Positions 5,862 through 12,084 of a stretch of DNA of 20,389 nt are shown in pieces. The notes below the pieces were generated by a model. That model saw only the letters and a program-made list of their open reading frames with translations. It was not told where the DNA came from and did no database searches. Origin of the DNA: an uncultured Gammaproteobacteria bacterium (GTDB lineage: Bacteria; Patescibacteriota; Patescibacteriia; UBA2591; UBA6264); NCBI GenBank assembly GCA_964507075.1, contig CAZDOL010000008.1, positions 9,886-30,274 of the forward strand. Reading direction: 5' to 3'. Position 1 is the first letter of the stretch; every line of letters begins with the position of its first letter. The translations under genes and the position numbers were made by a program.

Positions 5862-5957
5862 AAAACAGTGTCAAATCGTGCCAAATCTAAAAAACTACCT
5901 TAAAATCTGCACGAGGATTGAGTTTGCCGGACGCGGAGAATGGGGACAGTCCCCATT
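5862..5957 (+). repeat. Intergenic element B, a paralogous copy of element A in the ftsI-murF gap
   Basis: Blocks present: AAAACAG (5862-5868), TGCCAAATC (5879-5887), TAAAAT (5901-5906), GACGCGG (5930-5936) and GGGGACAGTCCCC (5942-5954). It has the same plus-strand orientation as A, so it is antisense to the dcw genes. Confidence 0.6.
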
Positions 5958-6024
5958 AAAAATTAAGAATTATTGATTGTTAAAAAATCCACAAGCAATC
6001 AACAATTAATCTATTCGGCGTTGC

Positions 6025-6064
6025 TATTTTGTTAAATTGTTAATTTGTTATTTTGTTATTTTGT
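6025..6064. repeat. Tandem 8-mer TAWWTTGT x5 spanning the ftsI stop codon
   Basis: The sequence is TATTTTGT TAAATTGT TAATTTGT TATTTTGT TATTTTGT. It encodes the last residues of FtsI (…QNNKITN) and runs into the 3' flank. Confidence 0.85.
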
Positions 6065-7776
6065 TCTGCGTCTGGAGGTATATTATAATATTTTAACACA
6101 AATTCGGCTAAATCGCCAAACACAGAAGCAGCGGTAGCGGCTGCAAAACGTTCTTCTTTTGGATTGTCTAATTTGACCAATGCTGCAAATTCTGGATCTG
6201 TAGCTGGGGCAAAGCCCACAAAAGAATGAATAACTTCATCCGAATATCCTCCTTCTGACTGAGGCACTTGAGCTGTGCCTGTTTTGCCAGCCACTAAATA
6301 CCCTTGAACCTTAGCTCTACTTCCATAACCGCTCTCTACTACCGAAACCATCATAGCAGAGAGCATAGCCGCCGCGGAAGGAGAAACAACATTCCTAATA
6401 GCCTTTGGTTTCATTTTGGTTATTTTCTTTCCGTCTATGACTTCATCAACAATATAAGGCTTCATCAATTGACCGGAATTAGCAATAGCGCCAACAGCTG
6501 TCACCATTTGTAATGGAGTAACTGCGATTCCCTGACCAAAAGAAGCAGTGGCTAAATATATTGATTGTTCTCTTTCTAAATTATCAATATCCCCCGCCAC
6601 TTCTCCGCTTAATTCAATGTTGGTTAGGCCACCAAAACCAAACTTTTTCAAATAATTTCGGAACAATTCTCGCCCTAATAGATCAGCTATATAAACTGCA
6701 CCAGTATTAATTGATTCTTCTAAAATTTCAGTCATATCGACTATTCCAAAATTCTCATCATCAACATTATGAATCGTTTCTCCATCAATTTTTACAAATC
6801 CTGTGTCTGTGAAAAGGCTGATGGGCGTAATCGTATTTGAATCTAATGCTCCTACCATAGTAATTATTTTAAAAATAGAACCTGGCTCAAAAGAATCAGA
6901 AATAGTCGGATTCCTAAACAAAGATAAATCTCGCACCTGAGAGTATTTATTGGGATCAAAATAGGGATAACTAGCTAAAGCCAAAATAGCACCAGTTTTA
7001 GGTGATAACAAAATTATTGAACCAGAATCAGCTTGATAATCTTTTATTGCTTTTTCCAATAGATTACAAACAAAAAATTGCAAAGAGCGATTAACGGTTA
7101 ATACTATATCTACACCATTCTTAGCATTCTTTGAGGTGTGATAAATCTGCAAAGATGATAATTTTTTAATTTGGCTACCAGCAATTCCCGTTAGGTCCTG
7201 GTCAAAAAATTCCTCTAAGCCATATTGGCCTTGTTGTTTCTCGTCTATGATCCTAGTAAAACCAGTTAAATGACTAAAAAATTCTGCCTCTGGATAATAA
7301 CGTTTTGGGACAGAATCAAAAAAAATACCAGGAAGGTTAAAACTTTTGATTTCTTCAAATTCTTGAGATGTCAGGTCTTTTCTCAACAATTCATAACGGT
7401 CATTTTTTTGAGAAATCCGCGATAACAATTTTTTAAAATCATCAGTTTGCGAGTCCTCTTCAATAAACTGAGATTGGTCTTTAATAATAATTCCTAAAAA
7501 TGGAGCTATTTTTTCCGCAACCTCCATAACCAGATTCTCTTCAACAATAAGCTGTGGATCAATAATCAGATGATACTGATTGATGTTAAGCGCCAGAGGA
7601 AAAAAAATTTCTTTCTCTTTAATAAATATCCGTCCACGGGAAGCTGGTATTGTTTGTTCGCTAACAATTGGAGAATTAAAATTGTAATCTATAATTTGCA
7701 ATTGGAAAAGGCGCCCCAAAATCAAGACGCCAAAAATAAAAATTACAAAAATAATAAGCTTAAATCGTACATTCAT
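6040..7776 (-). CDS. ftsI: Class B penicillin-binding protein / division transpeptidase (FtsI/PBP2-like)
   Basis: It has an N-terminal membrane anchor and the transpeptidase triad SxxK (GSIFK), SxN (SIN) and KTG (GKTGTA). It sits directly after ftsL in the dcw order. Confidence 0.9.
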   Translation of the reverse strand: MNVRFKLIIFVIFIFGVLILGRLFQLQIIDYNFNSPIVSEQTIPASRGRIFIKEKEIFFPLALNINQYHLIIDPQLIVEENLVMEVAEKIAPFLGIIIKDQSQFIEEDSQTDDFKKLLSRISQKNDRYELLRKDLTSQEFEEIKSFNLPGIFFDSVPKRYYPEAEFFSHLTGFTRIIDEKQQGQYGLEEFFDQDLTGIAGSQIKKLSSLQIYHTSKNAKNGVDIVLTVNRSLQFFVCNLLEKAIKDYQADSGSIILLSPKTGAILALASYPYFDPNKYSQVRDLSLFRNPTISDSFEPGSIFKIITMVGALDSNTITPISLFTDTGFVKIDGETIHNVDDENFGIVDMTEILEESINTGAVYIADLLGRELFRNYLKKFGFGGLTNIELSGEVAGDIDNLEREQSIYLATASFGQGIAVTPLQMVTAVGAIANSGQLMKPYIVDEVIDGKKITKMKPKAIRNVVSPSAAAMLSAMMVSVVESGYGSRAKVQGYLVAGKTGTAQVPQSEGGYSDEVIHSFVGFAPATDPEFAALVKLDNPKEERFAAATAASVFGDLAEFVLKYYNIPPDAEQNNKITN

Positions 7777-7788
7777 ATTTTAGTAAAA

Positions 7789-8133
7789 TTACCGAGAAAG
7801 ACGAGCTAAAGTATCAGTATTGGGCCTTAAATAATCAATACGAGCCACTTCAATCATATTAAGCTCTTGCGATATTTCCTGTAGATTTTCCATGGATTTA
7901 ATCGCAGCTTCCTCTTTCAATAAGCGTTCATTTTCGGTTTGCAAAGTTTTAAAGTCCTCTTTTAATTCATTGATTTCCAAACTGGCATAAACTCCAGCAT
8001 TAACCTGTCCTAGGGAAATAATAACAGTTAATAAAAAGATTCCCAACAAGAAACAATTTGAAAGAAAATAATTAAAGCGGGACTTTTTGGATTTTTTCTT
8101 AAAAAATACCATAAAATTATATTTTTTCCGCAA
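7789..8133 (-). CDS. ftsL: FtsL-like small bitopic division protein
   Basis: The protein is 114 aa with a basic N-terminus, one TM helix (FLSNCFLLGIFLLTVIISL) and a coiled-coil-like tail (LKEDFKTLQTENERLLKEEAAIKS). It lies between rsmH and ftsI. The track start at 8133 is a TTG, and an ATG at 8112 is an alternative start. Confidence 0.7.
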   Translation of the reverse strand: MRKKYNFMVFFKKKSKKSRFNYFLSNCFLLGIFLLTVIISLGQVNAGVYASLEINELKEDFKTLQTENERLLKEEAAIKSMENLQEISQELNMIEVARIDYLRPNTDTLARLSR

Positions 8134-8989
8134 CCCTCAATTTCGCACTTCGTGATCGCGGATTTTTTTTAATTTCTTCACTACTAGGAGTTATTGGTTT
8201 TTTGGTTAAAATTTTAAAAGAATTTTCTTCTTTAAAAAATCTTTTAACTATTCTGTCTTCTAATGTGTGATAACTAAGAACAACTATCCGACCAGAGGGT
8301 AGCAAAATATCAAGACTAGAAGTTAATGCTTGTTGTAAATTCTCTAACTCTTGATTCACCACAATACGCAATGATTGAAAAATGCGAGCTAAAACTTTAA
8401 TTTTAAAACGAAAACCTAATGTCTTTTTAATTAATTCGGAAAGTTGAGCACTAGTTTGTATCTTCTTTCTCTTTCTGTTTCTAACTATCTCTCTTGCAAT
8501 TCTAGAAGAATATCTTTCTTCTCCATATCTCCAAAAAATTTCTCTTAAAGTTTTTTCAGAATATTGGTTAATAATCTCTTGGGCAGTCAAACTACTTAAC
8601 CCTGGGTTAAATCTCATGTCCAAAGTTTCATCTCTCATAAAACTGAAACCTCGGTCACTACTTTCTATTAAATCCGAAGACAACCCTAGGTCTAGCAAAA
8701 TGCCATGAACTGGAGAAAAACTATTTCGCTCAACTATTTCTTGTAAATTTGCAAAATTGTCATTAGCTAAAATAATTCTTTCTCTTAGATTCAATGCTCT
8801 TCTTTTATTATCAATTTTTTCTACAGCTTCGGGCGACAAATCTATGCCTAAAATTTTACCATCAGGTTCAGTATAAGATAAAATTTTAAAACTATGTCCT
8901 CCCCCTCCAATGGTACAATCAATAAAATTTTGCCCTGCTTTTGGTTGCAGGTATTCTAACACTTCATCTAATAATACTGGAACGTGCAT
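8117..8989 (-). CDS. rsmH: 16S rRNA (cytosine1402-N4)-methyltransferase RsmH/MraW
   Basis: The motifs HVPVLLDEVLEYL, DCTIGGGGHS, LLDLGLSS and SYHTLEDRIVK are present. It is the second gene of the dcw cluster. Confidence 0.93.
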   Translation of the reverse strand: MHVPVLLDEVLEYLQPKAGQNFIDCTIGGGGHSFKILSYTEPDGKILGIDLSPEAVEKIDNKRRALNLRERIILANDNFANLQEIVERNSFSPVHGILLDLGLSSDLIESSDRGFSFMRDETLDMRFNPGLSSLTAQEIINQYSEKTLREIFWRYGEERYSSRIAREIVRNRKRKKIQTSAQLSELIKKTLGFRFKIKVLARIFQSLRIVVNQELENLQQALTSSLDILLPSGRIVVLSYHTLEDRIVKRFFKEENSFKILTKKPITPSSEEIKKNPRSRSAKLRVAEKI

Positions 8990-9024
8990 AATTGAATTGA
9001 TTTAATTTGTTTAAGTTCTATGAA

Positions 9025-9456
9025 CTAAACACCTAATTCAGCCAAACTCTCGGCAATGTCTTCACTGTTAGACTCTGACTTACTCTTATATTCTTCCCAC
9101 TTCTTTTCGTCCCAAATTTCTAATCTATTATAAAGACCGGCTACAACTGCTTTTTTTCCAATACTAGCGTAACGACGCAAATAATCAGGTATGATAGCCC
9201 TTCCTTGCTTATCTAGGTTAATATCCATAGCTCCTGCCAACATCAGTCGCGCAAAAGCTCTTGTTTTGGATTTACTAATAGGCATATCAGCTAATTTAAT
9301 GGCTAATTTTTCCCATTCTTTTTTAGTATATAAAAAAAGACAACTGTCTATTCCTCTAGTGACAACTGCCCCTTTTGATAAATCTAATCTAAATTTTGTT
9401 GGAACTGCCAACCTATTTTTGTCATCTATTGAATGATGATATTCTCCAATAAACAT
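9025..9456 (-). CDS. mraZ: Transcriptional regulator MraZ
   Basis: MFIGEYHHSIDDKNRLAVPTKFR and the second-half DKQGRAIIPDYLR give the duplicated DxxxR MraZ repeat. The protein is 143 aa and is the first gene of the dcw cluster. Confidence 0.93.
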   Translation of the reverse strand: MFIGEYHHSIDDKNRLAVPTKFRLDLSKGAVVTRGIDSCLFLYTKKEWEKLAIKLADMPISKSKTRAFARLMLAGAMDINLDKQGRAIIPDYLRRYASIGKKAVVAGLYNRLEIWDEKKWEEYKSKSESNSEDIAESLAELGV

Positions 9457-9512
9457 AGTAATTTATTAAAATTATGCTATTTTTCGTTATCCACAGTTTA
9501 TCTGAGTTTTCC

Positions 9513-9536
9513 CCACTTTTATCCACAGGCTTCCAC
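9513..9536 (-). promoter_or_regulatory. Three GTGG direct repeats at exact 10-bp phasing (candidate MraZ operator)
   Basis: The minus strand reads GTGGAAGCCT GTGGATAAAA GTGGGGAAAA. On the plus strand, CCAC occurs at 9533-9536, 9523-9526 and 9513-9516. The repeats sit immediately downstream of the -10 box. Confidence 0.5.
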
Positions 9537-9545
9537 AACATTTGT

Positions 9546-9574
9546 ATTATAAACCATTTGCCCCCACTATGCAA
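9546..9574 (-). promoter_or_regulatory. Candidate sigma70-type promoter of the mraZ operon
   Basis: Read on the minus strand: -35 TTGCAT (9574..9569), a 17-nt spacer and -10 TATAAT (9551..9546). This lies about 90 nt upstream of the mraZ ATG (9456). Confidence 0.5.
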
Positions 9575-9593
9575 CCACAACCTGTGGATAACT

Positions 9594-9626
9594 AAAAACC
9601 CCCACACCTATACATAGGTGCAGGGG
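9594..9626 (-). terminator. Intrinsic terminator of the upstream (ackA / Cys-rich ORF) transcription unit
   Basis: The minus-strand RNA is CCCC-UG-CACCUAU-GU-AUAGGUG-UG-GGGG followed by GUUUUU. The two UG/UG steps form G-U wobbles only in the minus-strand transcript, giving a stem of about 12 bp. The structure sits between the stop at 9707 and the mraZ promoter. Confidence 0.6.
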
Positions 9627-9706
9627 CTATATCTATACATAGTGGGGGGTAAAACCCCTATTATCTATACACAAACAGTAAAAACAATCAAAATAGTCCC
9701 TAAATA

Positions 9707-9913
9707 CTAAGAGCTTTGCTCTTTTATAAACCTTTCAAATGATCTGTCGTATGTTTTTTCAACTTTAGATGAAAAAAAACATGCGGGCAATTCTTTTCTT
9801 CCTAAATGATATCTAATACATTCACAACAAATTCCTTTCCTAGGACAATCAGGATACGTGCAAGAACAATTTATTAAATTTTGCGATTTTTGGCATTCCA
9901 TAAAAGAATACAT
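9707..9913 (-). CDS. Small cysteine-rich protein (8 Cys; candidate metal-binding, conserved-hypothetical type)
   Basis: The sequence is MECQKSQNLINCSCTYPDCPRKGICCECIRYHLGRKELPACFF. The CxC-x4-C-x5-CCxC-x12-C pattern resembles a small uncharacterised Cys-rich family that I recall only loosely. The likely start is the second ATG at 9901 (MECQ...). The gene overlaps the 3' end of ackA. Confidence 0.6.
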   Translation of the reverse strand: MYSFMECQKSQNLINCSCTYPDCPRKGICCECIRYHLGRKELPACFFSSKVEKTYDRSFERFIKEQSS

Positions 9914-10932
9914 TCTTTGGCAATAGCTACTTCTTCATTTGTGTTAATTCTCAAAATTTTTGTTTTTTTAAAAATTGGCAACCCTTGCTTAATTTTTTGC
10001 ACTGTATATGGATCGCCTGTTCCAATGGCTCCAGTAAAAACAACAGCATTTACTTTTCCTAAAATACCATAATAAGAACTAATATATTTTTGGATAGAAT
10101 AAATAAAAACATCAAAAGCCAATTGGGCTTTTTTGTTTCTCTTTTTAACTGCCTTTAATAATTGTAAAAAATTGCTTTTCCCAAAAAGCCCCTTAATACC
10201 TGATTCAAAATTTAATAAATTATAAATTTTATTATTTGAAAGATTAAAATTGTGATTTAAATGGAAAATCAAAGCTGGGTCCAAGTCCCCACAACGAGAC
10301 ATCATCACTAATCCGCTCATTGGCGTAAACCCCATACTTGTATCAATGGCTCTCCCCCCTTTAATAGCAACTATACTACATCCTCCGCCCAAATGACAAG
10401 TAATTAAATTGATTGAGTTTAATCTCTTCTTCAATTTCTCAGCCGCTTGCTGAGCTGCATATTTATGTGAAATGCCATGAAAACCAAACCTCTGAATACC
10501 ATATTTTTTATAGTATTTCAATGGAATAGCATAAACTTTAGCTTTCTCTGGCAAATCGGCAAAAAAACTTGTATCAAAAACAGCTAAATGTGAAACATTA
10601 GGCAATAATTTTCTAGCTAATTGTAAAACTTTCAATTGCCTTGGATTATGCAAAGGAGCAAGGTTATTAAACTTTGATAATATATTAAAATTACTATCGT
10701 TTATGATAGTAGGTTTTAAAAACTTGTTTCCGCCATGAACAATCCTATGCCCAGCTATTTTAATATCAGGCAAACTCTTTATCTGCTTAATAATGCTCTT
10801 GCAAGCAATAAAATGATCTGATTGTTTACTCAAATCCTGAAAATTACCACTCTTTAAAACTTTTAAAGAATTTTTGGAAAATAATTTATATTTTAAAGAA
10901 GTGCTACCACTGTTTAAAACTAAAATTGACAT
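9874..10932 (-). CDS. ackA: Acetate kinase (short form, 352 aa)
   Basis: From the internal ATG at 10932 the protein reads MSILVLNSGSTSLKYKLF. Acetate kinase motifs follow: HRIVHGG, APLHNP, AVFDTSFF, FGFHGISH, CHLGGGCS, DTSMGFTPMSGL and NTNEE. The 20-aa extension in the track ORF (to 10992) would overlap the permease gene and is not Ack-like. Confidence 0.88.
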   Translation of the reverse strand: MSILVLNSGSTSLKYKLFSKNSLKVLKSGNFQDLSKQSDHFIACKSIIKQIKSLPDIKIAGHRIVHGGNKFLKPTIINDSNFNILSKFNNLAPLHNPRQLKVLQLARKLLPNVSHLAVFDTSFFADLPEKAKVYAIPLKYYKKYGIQRFGFHGISHKYAAQQAAEKLKKRLNSINLITCHLGGGCSIVAIKGGRAIDTSMGFTPMSGLVMMSRCGDLDPALIFHLNHNFNLSNNKIYNLLNFESGIKGLFGKSNFLQLLKAVKKRNKKAQLAFDVFIYSIQKYISSYYGILGKVNAVVFTGAIGTGDPYTVQKIKQGLPIFKKTKILRINTNEEVAIAKECILLWNAKNRKI

Positions 10933-10946
10933 AAATAAATATTGTT

Positions 10947-12080
10947 TTAGTAAATAAATTGATAAACAATGCCAAAAAGAAACACTGCACAAATAATATA
11001 TGCGATTGGTTTTGCTAAATTAAAACTAAATTCTGGTTTTCTGTCTCCGATCTTTTTAGCGCGATAATAACTAGTAATCAAAGCCATGCCCTGAATGCCA
11101 GAAAGAATACCGCCGGCAAAACTAATAACAACTATAAAACTTCTCATCCCCAAAAGAAAAACAATTAAAGGAACAAAAACAGTTAATGCCCATGCTGAAA
11201 ATCTTGGGACATTATAATCACGTCTGAATAATTGCATTAGAACATGCCCTAAAGCCAAAAAAGAAGTAGTCATTGCTAGAATCCCAAAAATACCACCAAT
11301 TAATAAAATCCCTCCGTTTGTCACTTTGGCTAAACCAGTAATAGCTGTTTCCGAAACAGATTCACCACTAACGCCAATAACGGTTAAGCTAAAAAGTATA
11401 TATATTAATATGGGAATAGATAAACCAAGAATTATTGCTTTTCTCAATAATTTGACGTTATTACTCAACATCCTTCTCATAGTAGGAATAGCTGTTGCTC
11501 CACCTAAAGCAAATAAAACCGCTCCATATGGAAAAAAAAGATTTTCTGGATGGAAACTCTTCAAATTATCCACGTCAATATATGAATGACTCATTCCGAA
11601 AACTATTAAAACAATAGCAATTAATCCAAAAGCCATAAAAAGCTCTACCTTGCTAATTATGCCAATGCCCTTAAAAACCAATATGCTGGCCAAAATCCAA
11701 AAGCATAATGACCAAAATACTTGATTACCACCTAAAACAGAACCCAAAATCGCATATAAAAATTGTCCTACCCCAATAGTATAAGCAATTAGAGCGCTAA
11801 AGATTCCAAGGATTAAAGATACTGTAATCAAAATTTGCCAGTTTTTCCCCAAATAACGACGAACATAGCCAGACATTTCCATATCGCCTTTAGTGCGCAA
11901 AATTACCTCAGCATAACAAAACTTTGTAATCAAAAATACAAGACCTAATAATAAAAGATAAAAAATGCCAGGAATAAAACCAACTTTTGAAAAAGCATAC
12001 GGTAAACCAAAAATACCAGCTCCTACAATTGTGCCGATTAAAATTGATGTTGCTTGAATGAAATTTTTTCGTGTTGCCAT
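10947..12080 (-). CDS. Amino-acid transporter/permease (polytopic, about 11 TM)
   Basis: The N-terminal signature SILIGTIVGAGIFGLPYAFSKVGF is typical of amino-acid transporter families (Aa_trans or Trp/Tyr-permease-like). The protein is hydrophobic throughout. Confidence 0.75.
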   Translation of the reverse strand: MATRKNFIQATSILIGTIVGAGIFGLPYAFSKVGFIPGIFYLLLLGLVFLITKFCYAEVILRTKGDMEMSGYVRRYLGKNWQILITVSLILGIFSALIAYTIGVGQFLYAILGSVLGGNQVFWSLCFWILASILVFKGIGIISKVELFMAFGLIAIVLIVFGMSHSYIDVDNLKSFHPENLFFPYGAVLFALGGATAIPTMRRMLSNNVKLLRKAIILGLSIPILIYILFSLTVIGVSGESVSETAITGLAKVTNGGILLIGGIFGILAMTTSFLALGHVLMQLFRRDYNVPRFSAWALTVFVPLIVFLLGMRSFIVVISFAGGILSGIQGMALITSYYRAKKIGDRKPEFSFNLAKPIAYIICAVFLFGIVYQFIY

Positions 12081-12084
12081 AAAA

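Larger units (their letters stand above)
9487..9591. promoter_or_regulatory. Three perfect DnaA-box 9-mers (TTATCCACA)
   Basis: TTATCCACA occurs at 9487-9495 and 9519-9527 on the plus strand. Its reverse complement TGTGGATAA occurs at 9583-9591. All three share the 10-mer CTGTGGATAA. Confidence 0.55.

Noticed and set aside
5942-5999. Mini-ORFs start on the ATG of the GGGGACAGTCCCC palindrome: MGTVPIKN on the plus strand and MGTVPILRVRQTQSSCRF on the minus strand.
   Set aside because: They are not preserved in copies A or C, where there is no ATG or an immediate stop. The conserved feature is the nucleotide palindrome, not a reading frame.
5960-6036. Hairpins TTGATTG…CAATCAA (5974-6003) and AGCAAT…GTTGCT (5994-6026), considered as a terminator of ftsI.
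   Set aside because: The stems are short and AT-rich with large loops, and there is no clean U-tract on the minus strand after them. This is not convincing as an intrinsic terminator.
9422-9607. A 61-aa minus-strand ORF upstream of and overlapping mraZ.
   Set aside because: It overlaps the mraZ start and runs straight through the promoter, the GTGG repeats, the DnaA boxes and part of the terminator hairpin. Its Trp-rich, odd composition reflects the CCAC/GTGG repeats, not coding.
9457-9706. Chromosomal replication origin (oriC), suggested by three perfect DnaA boxes and nearby repeats.
   Set aside because: No dnaA or dnaN gene is adjacent. There is no switch in gene orientation across the region, since the flanking genes on both sides are on the minus strand. 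There is no long AT-rich unwinding tract with 13-mer-like repeats. It is kept only as a low-probability alternative in the DnaA-box finding.
10933-10992. A 20-codon N-terminal extension of acetate kinase in the track ORF (MCSVSFWHCLSIYLLKQYLF).
   Set aside because: The extension overlaps the 3' end of the permease gene and is not Ack-like. The conserved Ack N-terminus (MSILVLNSGSTSLKY) begins at the ATG at 10932.
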